Below the pieces are notes generated by a model. That model did not search any database. It saw only the letters and a list, made by a program, of their open reading frames with translations, and was not told the DNA's origin. Positions 35,856 to 48,031 of a DNA stretch of 64,000 nucleotides are shown in pieces. Origin of the DNA: Octopus vulgaris (taxonomy: Eukaryota); NCBI GenBank assembly GCA_951406725.2, contig OX597826.1, forward strand, positions 72,292,001-72,356,000, read 5' to 3'. The position numbers and the translations under genes are program-made. The first letter of the stretch is position 1. The number at the start of each line of letters is the position of its first letter.

Positions 35856-38064
35856 TCTCTCTTCCTGTCTTCCACCTCTACTATCTACCCTCTCCTCTCT
35901 CTCTCTCTCTATCTCAGAGAGAGACAAGTACTATGTATCTGTGTCTCTAAGTTCAACGAGTTCTTGTTTTGTTTATTTAAGATTTTCTTGAGTTTTTCTT
36001 TTTTAAAGTTTCGGGGGTCTGTTTTATTGTTACTCAACTCCTCACACATCCCGTACTTAAATATTGTGTGTCACATATTGGGAGCAGTGGGGGAGGAGAC
36101 TATTAATTATTATTATAATAAAAGAAACCATTATTATCAATATTCTCCAAGTATATTTTGTTAAAAGGTAGGTGAGGGTGGTGATCGCGACCCGAACGAA
36201 TGGCCTTACTTTTCAGCATGTGCCCTGCAAACCGAGGAATATACAGCTGAGAGAAAGCACTCTTCTTGGTAGTCATTGTGTTCCTGGATCTGTAGGGTTC
36301 CTTGATTGGCCCTAGACGACGGGCTCCTTTATGGGTTTTCATCATATATATATATCTACATTGTGTATTTTTTTTATTCCATTTCATTCGGGGTTTTTTA
36401 TGTACCCTCCCTTAACTTTATTTTCTGTAACCTTTCCATATAACAATAATACCTCCTTCTTCATTCGCCCAGTTTGTGGCAGAAATAAAGAAAATATTAT
36501 CAGTTTTAAATTTGCAGACGGTATATGCAAATAATTGTCTTAGATCGTGTGTATTTATGATGTCCCTAATATAATGTTGCCATTTGAGTCTTAAATCTGA
36601 ACTAAATTCTCTCGCACCCCCCCCTCTCTCTCTCTCTCTCCACACACACTTATTATAATGGTTTTGAGTATAACTCTGAAGATCGATCTAGATAAATTCA
36701 ATATACACATGTTGTTAAAAGTGATCATATATATTTCACTGAGAATTAACACAAGCACACACACATATACGCGTGTAAATGTGTGTGTGTGTATATATGA
36801 GTGTATGTATGTATATATAATATATATATATTATATATTTATTTTATATACATACATATATATTACATATATATGTTGTATGTGTGTATATGTATGTACG
36901 TATGTAAGTTATATGTGTGTGAAAGTTAAAGGAGAGAGCAGCCATGCCAATGAAACAGTACAGTTAGATTTAACAAACCGCCTTCTTTCTTGCTTTTTAA
37001 AACAGCTCAAAATGAAAAACGTTGCTCATTTTCTACACTTCTCATCACCCCAATGAATTACACAGTACATTATATATACTTATATATACACACTATATAT
37101 ATAGTGTGTGTGTGTTCACAGAGTTGTGAAGGTATGCAATAGGCAAGCTTTTCAATGAAAGCAATGCTTTGCTACTTTCACCAAAGAACGGTTTCTCTCT
37201 CTCACACACACACAGGCGCTCTTGACTTGGCTGCCTTGCTCTGTCTCTTGGCTTTTCTCGACGAAATATCTTTCCATCAACTCGACTTCTTAACTGAAAA
37301 ATTAATTATTTTATGCTATATATTTACAAGATTTTATCACATACACACACGCGCACAAGACTATGCTTGTATGTATGTATATATCTTTATATTTATATGT
37401 ATATATATATATTTATCGACTTATTGCCGTGCCTTTGCGTACAGTCATTCATACACCGTGTTACGTATCATACATATATATTGTTGCTGCTGCTCATTGT
37501 TGGTTCTGTTTGTTTTTATTATTTACCGCGATTAATATCGCTCACACATTTCCATCAACAATCGCACACACGCATGCAATTATCAGAAGATACTCCCCTC
37601 CCACTTTAATTACAGTATGTAAATTAATTACCAAAGCTTGGTAGAAAACTGTATATGCGTGTATGTGCGCACACACACACGCACACTCGCGCGCGAAGTC
37701 GATGATTCATTCTTCTGAGCTACTCTGAGTTTCTCGCAATATGCTTGCTTGTTCGGGTTTTTTCTTTCTCTTATTGCGCAAAACTCCGAGTTGCCACAGA
37801 GTGAATCATCAACTTTTATACAAACATATAAACTCTGCTTTCATTGTTAGAATCCTCTTATTCTTCTCGTTTTGTAACCCCCAAACGTGGTGCGTGTGTG
37901 TAATCACGCACTCACGTTCAGAATAAAACGTTCCATGATTTTAATAATAATTATTAAAAAAATCAACCCCCCAAAATATTTTTTTAATCTAAATTTTCTT
38001 TTCATAGGTTTTACCTATCTTGTTACTTGTAGGTAATAATCTAAGTTACCACAATAATATATAG

Positions 38065-38270
38065 CTTGTTTAGTTTCCCAGGTCAGCTATGTCTGAGCGA
38101 ATCTACGATCAAAGGCATTCCAGAAATGACAATCCCGTCCTCCTCTCGTGCTTTGTGTATCTAGGACTACATTCTCCAGTATGTGTTTGCCTTTTCAAGA
38201 CACCTTAAAGTGTAATTTCGGTGCCATTTCAGGCAGGTTCAGCGACCACATAAAGCTCTCTCGTTGGCCA
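38065..38270 (-). mobile_element. Ancient repeat family E (CpG-retaining copy)
   Basis: ttgtttagtttcccaggtcagc...gatcaaaggcattccag...gactacattctcc, the reverse complement of family E. Confidence 0.6.
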
Positions 38271-38761
38271 GTAATACATTATAATAATCAACCACACTAA
38301 TTATACATGGCCATGGAGATATTTAGCTTATATCATCATTATCAAGAATGACTTTGGCTGGACAACAGTGTCTCGCCTCAGTCATTCATTATGTGATATA
38401 CAATTGAGAACAGAACACATCATCCGAAAGTTTGTTGTTTGTGCGTGCCATGGTGGCTTTTACAGTTGGACGCTTTTCCTCTCACCAACCATTCCACTGA
38501 GATGTGCTTGGTGCATTTTATCATGTCACCGGCACTGGAGGAATTGTTTGCGATAGGAATATCAATTTTTCTTCAGAAATACTGCTGTCCTTATCAATGT
38601 ATACACACACGCACAATTATACAGACATTTAATTATGTTTAGAGTTCCATTTATTGTTATAAAAAGGTTACTTTATTTTTCAGAGTTATTGGAATATTTA
38701 TGAAAATAAATCCTATTTCTGCCCACCCTTACACACGCCCCTTTTGGTCCCTTCATATTAG

Positions 38762-39137
38762 CTGTGGGTAGCTGTGTGGTAATTAGCTTGCTTACCAACC
38801 ACATGGTTCCGGGTTCATTCCCACTGCGTGGCACCTTGGGCAAGTGTCTTCTACTATAGCCTCGGGCCGACCAAAGCCTTGCCAGTGAATTTGGTAGACG
38901 GAAACTGAAATAAGCCCGTCGTATGTGTGTGTGTTTGTGTCTGTTTGTCCCCACCCCTAACATCGCTTGACAACCGATGCTGGTGTGTTTACGTCACCAT
39001 AACTTAGCGGTTCGGCAAAAGAGACCGATAGAATAAGTACTAGGTTTACAAAGAATAAGTCCTGGGGTCGATTTGGTCGACTAAAGGCGGTGCTCCAGCA
39101 TGACCACAGTCAAATGACTGTAACAAGTAAAAGAGTA
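38762..39137 (+). mobile_element. SINE family A, full length, CpG-intact
   Basis: Matches family A end to end. Confidence 0.92.
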
Positions 39138-39811
39138 AGGGATTAGTTAATGTTTGGTTGTAGCCTTAAATATAAAATCAAGAAATGTGAGTACAAGACA
39201 TTAGGATGTTGGCTTGGTATCACCATGGTTACTAGATGATAAAAAATTTAATTTTAAATAATCTTGTTTTGTCCCTTTGTGTTCTGAATTCAGTCCTTCC
39301 CCATATCAATTTTTCTATCTTATTCTGTAGTTCATTGTCAATGAAGCAACAGCCAAGTACTTGTTTTGGTTAATGCTGTTGATGTCTCTGATGATGACTG
39401 TCGGAAGTCTTGTTGTTTAACCCCAGGCTATGGTCACTGATCAAAGGCACACTAGCCATACCCACTCACTGATGTGTGCTTCCCTCTTTCAAGAAGGTAG
39501 TGTGATATGAGAGAGACTTGCTGTTATTTCTAGCTAGCTGTACAACCACAGAGAGGTTCATGTCAGACGTGTGTCAACCGTGATGTTTCCACACCTGATT
39601 CTAATAAACTGTTCTAAATATGTTTTATCTGTTGTACATAATAATGGTCAATACAATCACTGTTTAGGGGGGTTCAAATCTGAGCTCCTAAACAAATGAT
39701 GCATTGATGTCTTCCTCCAGTATTGATCAGCCTTGCAGGGTTCGGCTAAAACAATCCATTTTCTTTCCACGTTCAAAGTATTTTAAATAATTATTGTCAT
39801 GTAGATTTAAG

Positions 39812-40227
39812 TGCAGACATGGCTGTGCAGTTAAAGAAACCTGCTTTGTTACCACATGGTTTCGGGTTTGGTTCCACTGTGTTGCCCGTTTGATAAGTGT
39901 CTTCTGCTGCAGCCCTAACTGACCAAGGTCTTGCGAGTGGATTTGGTTGATGGAAACTGTTTAAAAGCCCGTTGTGCACATGTGTGTGTGTGTGTGTGTG
40001 TGTCTACATGTGTGTCTTTGTGTTTATGTCCCCATGTCGCTTAACAACTGGAACCGGTTTGTTTACATTCCTATAACTTAGCAGTTCAGCAAAAGAGACT
40101 GATAGAGTAAGTATTAGACTTCAAAGAAGTACTGGGGGTGGGGGCAATCCATTCAACTGAAACCCTTTAAAGCAATGCCCCAGCATGGCTGCAGTCCAGT
40201 GATTGAAACAGTAAAAAAGTAAAAGAA
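39812..40227 (+). mobile_element. SINE family A, older copy
   Basis: Decayed head, (TG)n and tail. Confidence 0.8.
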
Positions 40228-40883
40228 AGCTGGATTGATTATGCTTTGTAAGACTTCAAGTTTAGGCTAAGATCCTGCTTTTGTTGTATGGGTGGACAGA
40301 TCGTAGGAAGTGATTTGATTGATTTACTTGTGTTAGGTAGAGAGCTGATATGTTGGAGTGGCTGGAATATTGGTTAGTGGCTCCTTCAGTAAACTCAGAT
40401 GTAGTGTAGAAGCTGAACTTCTATTAGTTCAGCTATGGTTAAGGTATCATACTCTGCTGGTTGATGAAGTACTGTGTTGACTGAGGTGTGGTAGCATCAA
40501 ATGGTTAAAGACTGGGTTAATTGTCATCTCATCACAGACAACACCTCTGTGTTCATTGACAAGATTGATTATTATAATTACCTCAGTCTTCTTTACTGTA
40601 AAGAAAGAATGGAAATTCTTCATTTGTTCCATTTTTTTTAGTTCCTTTTTTTTCATTGCTTAGACAGGAAGGAAAAATAGATGCTAATAACCCCAAGGTC
40701 TATGAGACAGGTGAAAGGAAAGGTTGGGTGGAGGAGAAAACTTACCTACAGACCAAAGACCTGGCTCAAATATTTGCAGTGGAATTCCTCTAAAGACACT
40801 CATGGACCAAAAGGTGGTATCAAACGACAGATCAAGTCTGCCACCCAAGAACTGAGAAGGCAAAGAGTTGGAACAAATATTGT

Positions 40884-41117
40884 CCGTGCCGGTGGCACGT
40901 AAAAAGCACCAACCGATCGTGGCCGTTGCCAGCCTCACCTGGCACATAAAAAGCACCCACTACACTCATGGAGTGGTTAGCATTAGGAAGGGCATCCAGC
41001 TGTAGAAACACTGCCAGATCAGGCTGGAGCCTGGTGCAGCCTCCTGGCTTCCCAGACCCCGGTCGAACCGTCCAACCCATGCTAGCATGGAAAACGGACG
41101 TTAAACGATGATGATGA
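40884..41117 (+). mobile_element. SINE family B
   Basis: gtgccggtggcacgtaaaaagcacc...aggaagggcatccagctgtagaaac...cggacgttaaacgatgatgatg. Confidence 0.88.
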
Positions 41118-42549
41118 TTGAACTGCATTTATCCAAATTATCTAAGAATTTCATCAATCCCCCTCTTTGTTTTATTAATCTTGAAAGAACAAAAGGCAAA
41201 AGCAACTGGTTACAATGATTTCCAACAAATGGAATGCAATGGTTGTGAGGGTAGATTGCGCAACTACAGATCACATTATCTGGGGTTCAAACCTTGTAGC
41301 TAGTGAAGGTACTCTGCTTTTCTCAGCTCAGTTTGCCTAACTGACAGTAGAGATTAAGAAACTCTCTCATTTCATAATTGAATGGTAGGCATCCAGCTGT
41401 TTGGAAATATTTACTCTTCTGGCAATCCACACATGATGTCATGTTTTTGTTTGCCTCTGAATGGCTTACAACAGGTACCATTTCCATTTCAAGCTTTACA
41501 CACAATTGCTTCCACCCTTTAGGGAAAAATGATCAAATATTGAAGAACAACCTTACTCATGTTAGATTCGAAAATGTCCACCGTTTTGTATAAAGTGTCA
41601 TGGTATGTTGGAGTTCATCTATATTGAGACATCTACCCTCCTGGGTGGGATGATAGTATATTATAAATTTTGTTCTTATGAACATTTTACTAATGAAATA
41701 CCAGCTTACTTTAGAGAATCTTTGTTTTTTCACAGTGGTGCATTGTGCCTCCTCATGATGCTGCCTGTTTTGTGGTTATTTGGGAGTTACCTAAGTAGAC
41801 CAGCAGTATTTGTGGTTGATTGATGACAATTAAAAAACTTTGGCCAATACTCTGTTGGTTTGACCAGCTCTGACTCTATCACAGGAGAAGCTGGTTCTAA
41901 GAAGGCTACAAAGGAAATTCAAAATTAACGTAGTGTTGATACTGATTTTAAACAACCCTTTTCATTCTAAAGGATTTTATTAATGATGTTTAAAGGTTTG
42001 ACCTTTCTTTCCTTAGTCTGCAGGACTGACCTGGAAAGAAAACTGATTCCTGGTTCAGTAGTTAGTGACCTCCTGGGGGAGATCTTGCTGTTAAATTAGT
42101 GCTTCTTTGCATTTGTGCCTGTGTTTGCAGTGACAACTAAGTATAACAGTGTGAAGAGGAGTAGAAAAAAAAAGTTTGGTTCTTGTTTTGTTAGTCCTTG
42201 ATATGAGAAGCTGGTGCTTTAGAGGGTGAGTTGTGATGATGTGATCTTTCCCAGTGGAATTAATAACTGTGTGTGTGTGCAGCTGTTCCAGCCAGGAACT
42301 AAAATCTGTTTATTGACTCCACACAACTGACACACCTCACTGCTCATCACAACTAGCAGCTTCCTTTGAAGGTGAGCCACTGAAATAGCCTTTTCACAGT
42401 TGGTCAATCTTCTAGGAATAGCAATCAAATAAAGTCTTCCTGTCTTAAAAAAAATACATTGGATAATGTAGTCATGTCTGGATAAAAGATGGGATGGTCA
42501 TGAGTGAAAGGTCTTTGATTCTAGATTTGTTCAACCAGAGCTGATTTAA

Positions 42550-42768
42550 CCCTTAAGCATTTATACCAGCTATTTCCAACCCAAATATTCTACCTTTTTA
42601 TGTTCAGACCAGCCACATCTGGTTTCTCACACCTACTCTACAATGTTACTTTAAAAATAAGCGATTAGATCTTTGAAATCTAAATGCTGCAAGATAATAC
42701 ATGATTAATTTTTTAAAATGCAAATAAATATGTATTACATTTGACAGAGTAATCTGAATGCTAAAGGG
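42550..42768 (-). mobile_element. piggyBac-type MITE family P1
   Basis: TTAA|CCCTTAAGCATT ... AATGCTAAAGGG|TTAA. Confidence 0.88.
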
Positions 42769-44816
42769 TTAATGGTAAATAATAACTTTTTTGTGAAAAG
42801 CACAAGATACCCCATCCATATTGAGAGAGAACAAGGGAGAATGTTATTGATTCAGTGTATTAATAGTACTTATTGACCATCATGTTATGGAAAACAACGT
42901 TAGTTCCCAGCATACTTATTCTCTGTTGCTGGGTAAAAGTGAGACATGTAGACTAAACAGGACCTCTTGACAAAAGCTTGTTTTTTCAGACCATGAGAGT
43001 TGCTGGTCCTTCACTTCATCTGTTTGGCCTGTGTTATATTTACATATATATTTACTAGTGGTGTTCTCTTACGTGTCTGGACAGCCTGCAAGTCTACAGG
43101 TTGTTGTTTAAGGCCAGTCTTGAAGGAGAAAACTGTGTGACCAAATATATTCTGTCCATGAACATCTTGTCTTATTTCTGACATGTTTTATTTACACATT
43201 TAGGACAGTTGATATAGACTTAGTTAACAACTCTCAGCAAATATGTCTCTTTTCCACTTGATACTTAGCATACAAATATAAAATTGTACATTGATTACCA
43301 TATCCTAAAAATCAAGCTGTTTATTACAGTATTTTATGAGACATGTGGCTTAATAGGAATATATTTGCTTTGGTCCTTGTATATTACTGTGTGTGCTTAG
43401 TGGGAATACAATTTGAACCCCAACTTTTGCTTATCACTTGTGTTTTATTGCCTCTTTTGTAGCAATGTAGGTAATTTGAACTCAAGGTGGTTCTAAAATT
43501 GTCATCCAAATTTCATTCCTAAGAATAAATAAAATATAAATAGATACAGGTTATTGGATTGTTTATAAACAAATTGTACAAGGTGAACTATCTGGTTGAG
43601 TGGTTTGGTGGTGGTGGTTGAAGGTAAAATATTAGGTGCTTTAGTAATGGTTGGTCACAAGTTCCCATCCCATGTCTCAGTTTACCCGGCTGCAGATTAG
43701 ACACAAATTTATGTATTATTCTCTTTAAACTGATAACCTATATATTTCAACGTAGCACACATAGGTGAAATAAATATTCAACACTGGGTTTCTTGTATTG
43801 TTGTGTTCTGTTTGGCTGTTTTATATGATAAGTGTCTACAGGTATGGCTGTCTGGTTAACAAGTGTGCTTTGCAACTGCATAGTTTGGGCTTTAGTCCCA
43901 CGGAGTGGTACCTTGTGCAAATGTCTTCAACCATAATAGCTTTGGTTCAACCAAAGCCTTGATTGAAAATTCTGTAGAAACTGTGTGGAAGCCCATCTGA
44001 AGGACCACTTCTGGTCTTTGTCCTTAGCTACAAAGTGTTAAGGTCTTTGGTCTAAAGATAATTTTGTCTCTCTTTCTCACCAGTTTCAAACATCTTCAGA
44101 AGTGTCATGTTGCTCTTTTGTCTTAGAGTCAGTCTCTCTCTCTCTCTTCTCATGTATGTATATATGTGATAGCTGGTATTACGAAGGGCATCCAGCTGTA
44201 AAATTCCTGCCAAAACAGACAGTGCAGCCTGGTGCAGTCTTCTACCTAGCCCCTGCCAAACTATCCAGTCCATGCCTGCATGGAAAACAAAATCATTATT
44301 TAGCATCCTTTATCCGTGTGTGTGTGTGTCCCTTCTTTCCTGAGCGTCCAATAATACTTTATTTGTTCCACATCCTTGCGTTGTTGTCTTTTTGTTTTCT
44401 TGTTTGGATTAACTTTATATATATACATACACACACACACACACACACACACGTATATATACATATGTATATATAAAAATTAAAAGCCAACATTGGCTTG
44501 GCTGTTTGAAGCTTGCATCCAAGCATAGAGAATCTTCCATCTGACCCATGCAAGCATGGAAAATTGGATATTAAATGATGAAATATTCAGTAATAGTCAA
44601 CATTATCTATCAAGGTTCTTACTATTTATAATCATTATACCCGTCAATGGATGTTTTCTTCCATTAAATTAAGTGGAATGGGAAATGTAATATTCCTGTC
44701 ATTTTCTAGATAATTATTAGCAATATATATAGGAATTAGCTGACTGAATACAATTTGTCATAAGTTGGGGCTGGATTTGAACATTCGATCATAAGGTTAG
44801 TAGGTTTTTAACTTAA

Positions 44817-45016
44817 CCATTTGATACCAACCTGCCTGAGACTGCCTGGTTCTTGTTTTAAACTGATCTACATTGAAATCTTCCATCAAAATTTCATGTT
44901 AAATTCTGTTCTAAATTCCAGTTCCACAGTGAGTTATTTTACTAAATTCTTTGTTATCTCCAAAATTAATTTAAACAACGACAGCATACTTCAACCAAAA
45001 TATGGGAACAGAAAAG
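44817..45016 (-). mobile_element. piggyBac-type MITE family P2, decayed
   Basis: TTAA at 44813-44816 and 45017-45020; body is the reverse complement of 12725-12941. Confidence 0.8.
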
Positions 45017-45369
45017 TTAAGCTACATCTAATTTTTACAAATTATGATTTAAGATTCAGTTTGTTAAATTTTAGTTATTGTCTCTCTTCATCTCATCACC
45101 ATTAAATTCAGTTTACATGTAATTGGGGTGGGGGGGTTAGAGAAATAAAAGAGGATATTGTAGTATTATATTTTGATCTACACTTTTGAGTTCAAATCCT
45201 GCTGAGACAACTATTGATATTTAGTGATGCCCACGAAATTAAATAGAAATTATTTTCACTGAGATCACTAAATATCAATAGTCAAATATTAATTTGACTA
45301 TTAATTTAATTTGCTTTACCTTTCTTTCTACACAATATACAATTATGTGCCAATATTGCTTATCATGGG

Positions 45370-45612
45370 ACAGACCAGACTATCAGATGTTAGACATCAC
45401 TGACCACAATACACTTTGCATCATTTTAGCCTTCAAATGATACCATCCTGCTGGCTAGGTGGTGAGCAGGCCAACATTTCCCCTCGGTCAGAAGGGGGAC
45501 TGTAGCAATGTATAATAAAGTGTTTTACTCGAGAACACAACGCCACTGCTGGTCTAGGAATCGAACCCACGATCTAGCGAGTGTGAGTGCAACAGCTTAA
45601 CTACTGGACCAC
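45370..45612 (-). mobile_element. tRNA-derived CORE-type SINE with a different tail
   Basis: Minus strand gtggtccagtagttaag...ggttcgattcc then gcgttgtgttctcgagtaaaacactttat. Confidence 0.7.
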
Positions 45613-46266
45613 AGTAATAGAGAGATAAGATACCTGATATTTTATATTTTAGTATGATTCTTCTGAGTTCCTATTTGAGACAGACCCAGACTTTGTATAG
45701 AAGATAAGTGTCATTTACATTTGTTTAGTGAGATCATTTCTTTGTTTACCTTTTATCAGTTCCTGTTGCATTTCAGCGGATGTGTCTTACAGTGGAGATT
45801 ATTTATCAGAATGTTTGATTCCATCTGGTCATATCACTCTTGGTTATGAAGATGGAATGAAAAAAGAAAAAAAAGTATTGTATTTCGTGTACTGACAAAC
45901 ACAGTTTGAATGGCAGAGAAAATATGCATTGGAATTAACGAATATAATAAGCTGGTATGGTAATGGTCATACTGAGGGCCACCATCAGTTTATTAAATAA
46001 TTTAAAGAATAGGCACAAACGTGGCTGTGTGATAAGAAGCTTACTCCTCAACCACATGGTTGTGGGTTCAGTTCCACTGCCTGACACCTTGGGCAAGTGT
46101 CTCCTACAATTTCTACAATAGCCTCAGCAGACTAAAGCCTTGTGAGTGGATTTGGTAGACAGAAATTGAAAGAAGCCTGTCATATATATATGTTGTTGCT
46201 ATTATGTTAAACTGTTGTATGTCCAAATTTGGCCAGATGCATTTTTTTTTTCAATATTTATTTTTG

Positions 46267-46326
46267 CTTGCAATAGCCGGTTCTTTTGGTCAAACTATCG
46301 TATTTCAACCTTCTTCAGATGCTAAG
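46267..46326 (-). ncRNA. Decayed type-I hammerhead ribozyme (second family)
   Basis: Minus strand cttagcat-CTGAAGA-A-ggttgaa(9 nt)tttgacc-AAAA-G-aaccgg-CTA-ttgcaag, then AATAAA. G12>A and the helix II wobbles are consistent with CpG decay. Confidence 0.5.
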
Positions 46327-47003
46327 ATATCAAAAATTGTCAAAATGTAGCACAATGGTTTTGCTATGGAATGGGGAAACTATTTTTTCATCTTCTGAAA
46401 AAAGCAACATTTTGGACTTATGAAACTTTTGAATAATAGCAGCGATACATCTATATATATAAAACTGAGAATGTCTGTCAGTCTGTCTGTATATGTGCAT
46501 CACTAAAACTCAAGAACTACCTAAATGATTTCATTCAAATTTTACACATGGCTTTACTTAGAGTCCATGGAGTGTCATGGGTCAAAAAAAATTTTCAACT
46601 ACTTGAGTAATACATGCCCAGAGCGATCTCTTACCTCTTACACTGTTTCGGTATTATGTGTCAAAAGTGAAACAATAACATCTCTATTGTAATGTGATAT
46701 AATACTTTTACTAATATATGATTTCAATTACTTTCACTATGTGTGTGTGTGTATACACACACACACACACACACACACATATGTGTTTCAGTATGTATTT
46801 ATTTACATTTGTATACATGTATATGTGTATGTATGTATATGTATATATGTGTATGTATGTATGTATATGTGTGTATATATATGTATATATGTGTGTATAT
46901 ATACGTATGTATATATATATATATATTCATGTATGTATCTGTATTTATGTGTATATATGTATATATAAATGTGTATATATTTATGTTTGTATATATGTGT
47001 GAA

Positions 47004-47039
<36 letters not shown>

Positions 47040-47375
47040 AGCGGGTATAGCTGTGTGCAAAGAAGCTTGCTTGCCAACCACATGGTTCTGTGTTCAGTCC
47101 CACTGTGTGGCACCTTAGGCAAATGTCCTAGCTTGTTCCGACCAAAGCCATGCCAGTGGATTTGGTTGACAGAAACTGAAAGAAGTCTGTCGTATGTTTG
47201 TCTGTGTTTGTCCCCACCACCATTACTTAGAAACCAATGTTGGCGTATATACATCCCTCTAACTGCTGTTTGGCCCGAGGCTTACAAAGAATAAGTCCCA
47301 GGGGTTGATTTCTTCAACTAAAAGGCGGTGCTTCAACATGGCCACACTCAAATGACTGAAACAAATAACAGTAAA
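47040..47375 (+). mobile_element. SINE family A nested in the Helitron
   Basis: Head-to-tail match with internal deletions. Confidence 0.85.
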
Positions 47376-47427
47376 TATGTAATATTTATATATATATGTA
47401 TATATATATGTATATCATCATATATAT

Positions 47428-47482
<55 letters not shown>

Positions 47483-47617
47483 TACATATATATGTGTGTA
47501 TATATATATTTATATACACACATATATGTGTGGATGTATATGCATATACATATTTGGATGCATGTGTGTGTGTATATGTATATATATATATATATGTGTG
47601 TATGTGTGTGTGGATAT

Positions 47618-48031
47618 ACTCTTACTCTTTACTTTCTTTTACCTGTTTCAGTCATTTGACTGCGGCAATGCTGGAGCACCACCTTTAGTCGAGCAAATCG
47701 ACCCCAGGAATTATTCTTTGTAAGCCTAGTACTTATTCTATCGGTCTCTTTTGCTGAACCGCTAAGTTACCAGGGATGTAAACACACCAGCGTCGGTTGT
47801 CAAACGATGTTGTGGGGACAAACACAGGCACACATACATGTATGTATATATATACATATACATATATATGACAGGCTTCTTTCAGTTTCCATCTACCAGA
47901 TCCACTCACAAGGCTTTGGTCTGCCTGAGGCTATAGTAGAAGACACTTGCCCAAGGTGCCACATAGTGGGACTGAACACGGAGCAATGTGGTTGGTAAGC
48001 AAGCTACTTACCACACAGCCACTCCTGCTCC
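47618..48031 (-). mobile_element. SINE family A nested in the Helitron, full length
   Basis: Reverse-complement match end to end. Confidence 0.9.

Larger units (their letters stand above)
25000..38500. promoter_or_regulatory. CpG-retaining, TE-poor regulatory domain (probable promoter/5' region of an unidentified gene)
   Basis: By eye, CG dinucleotides are frequent in unique sequence here and scarce on both sides. No family A, B or C SINEs inside. Many promoter-type motifs. Confidence 0.65.

Noticed and set aside
42222-42340. C/D box snoRNA (GTGATGA ... CTGA with a loose terminal stem)
   Set aside because: The stem is offset from box C, there are no clear C'/D' boxes, and I recognise no rRNA or snRNA antisense element.
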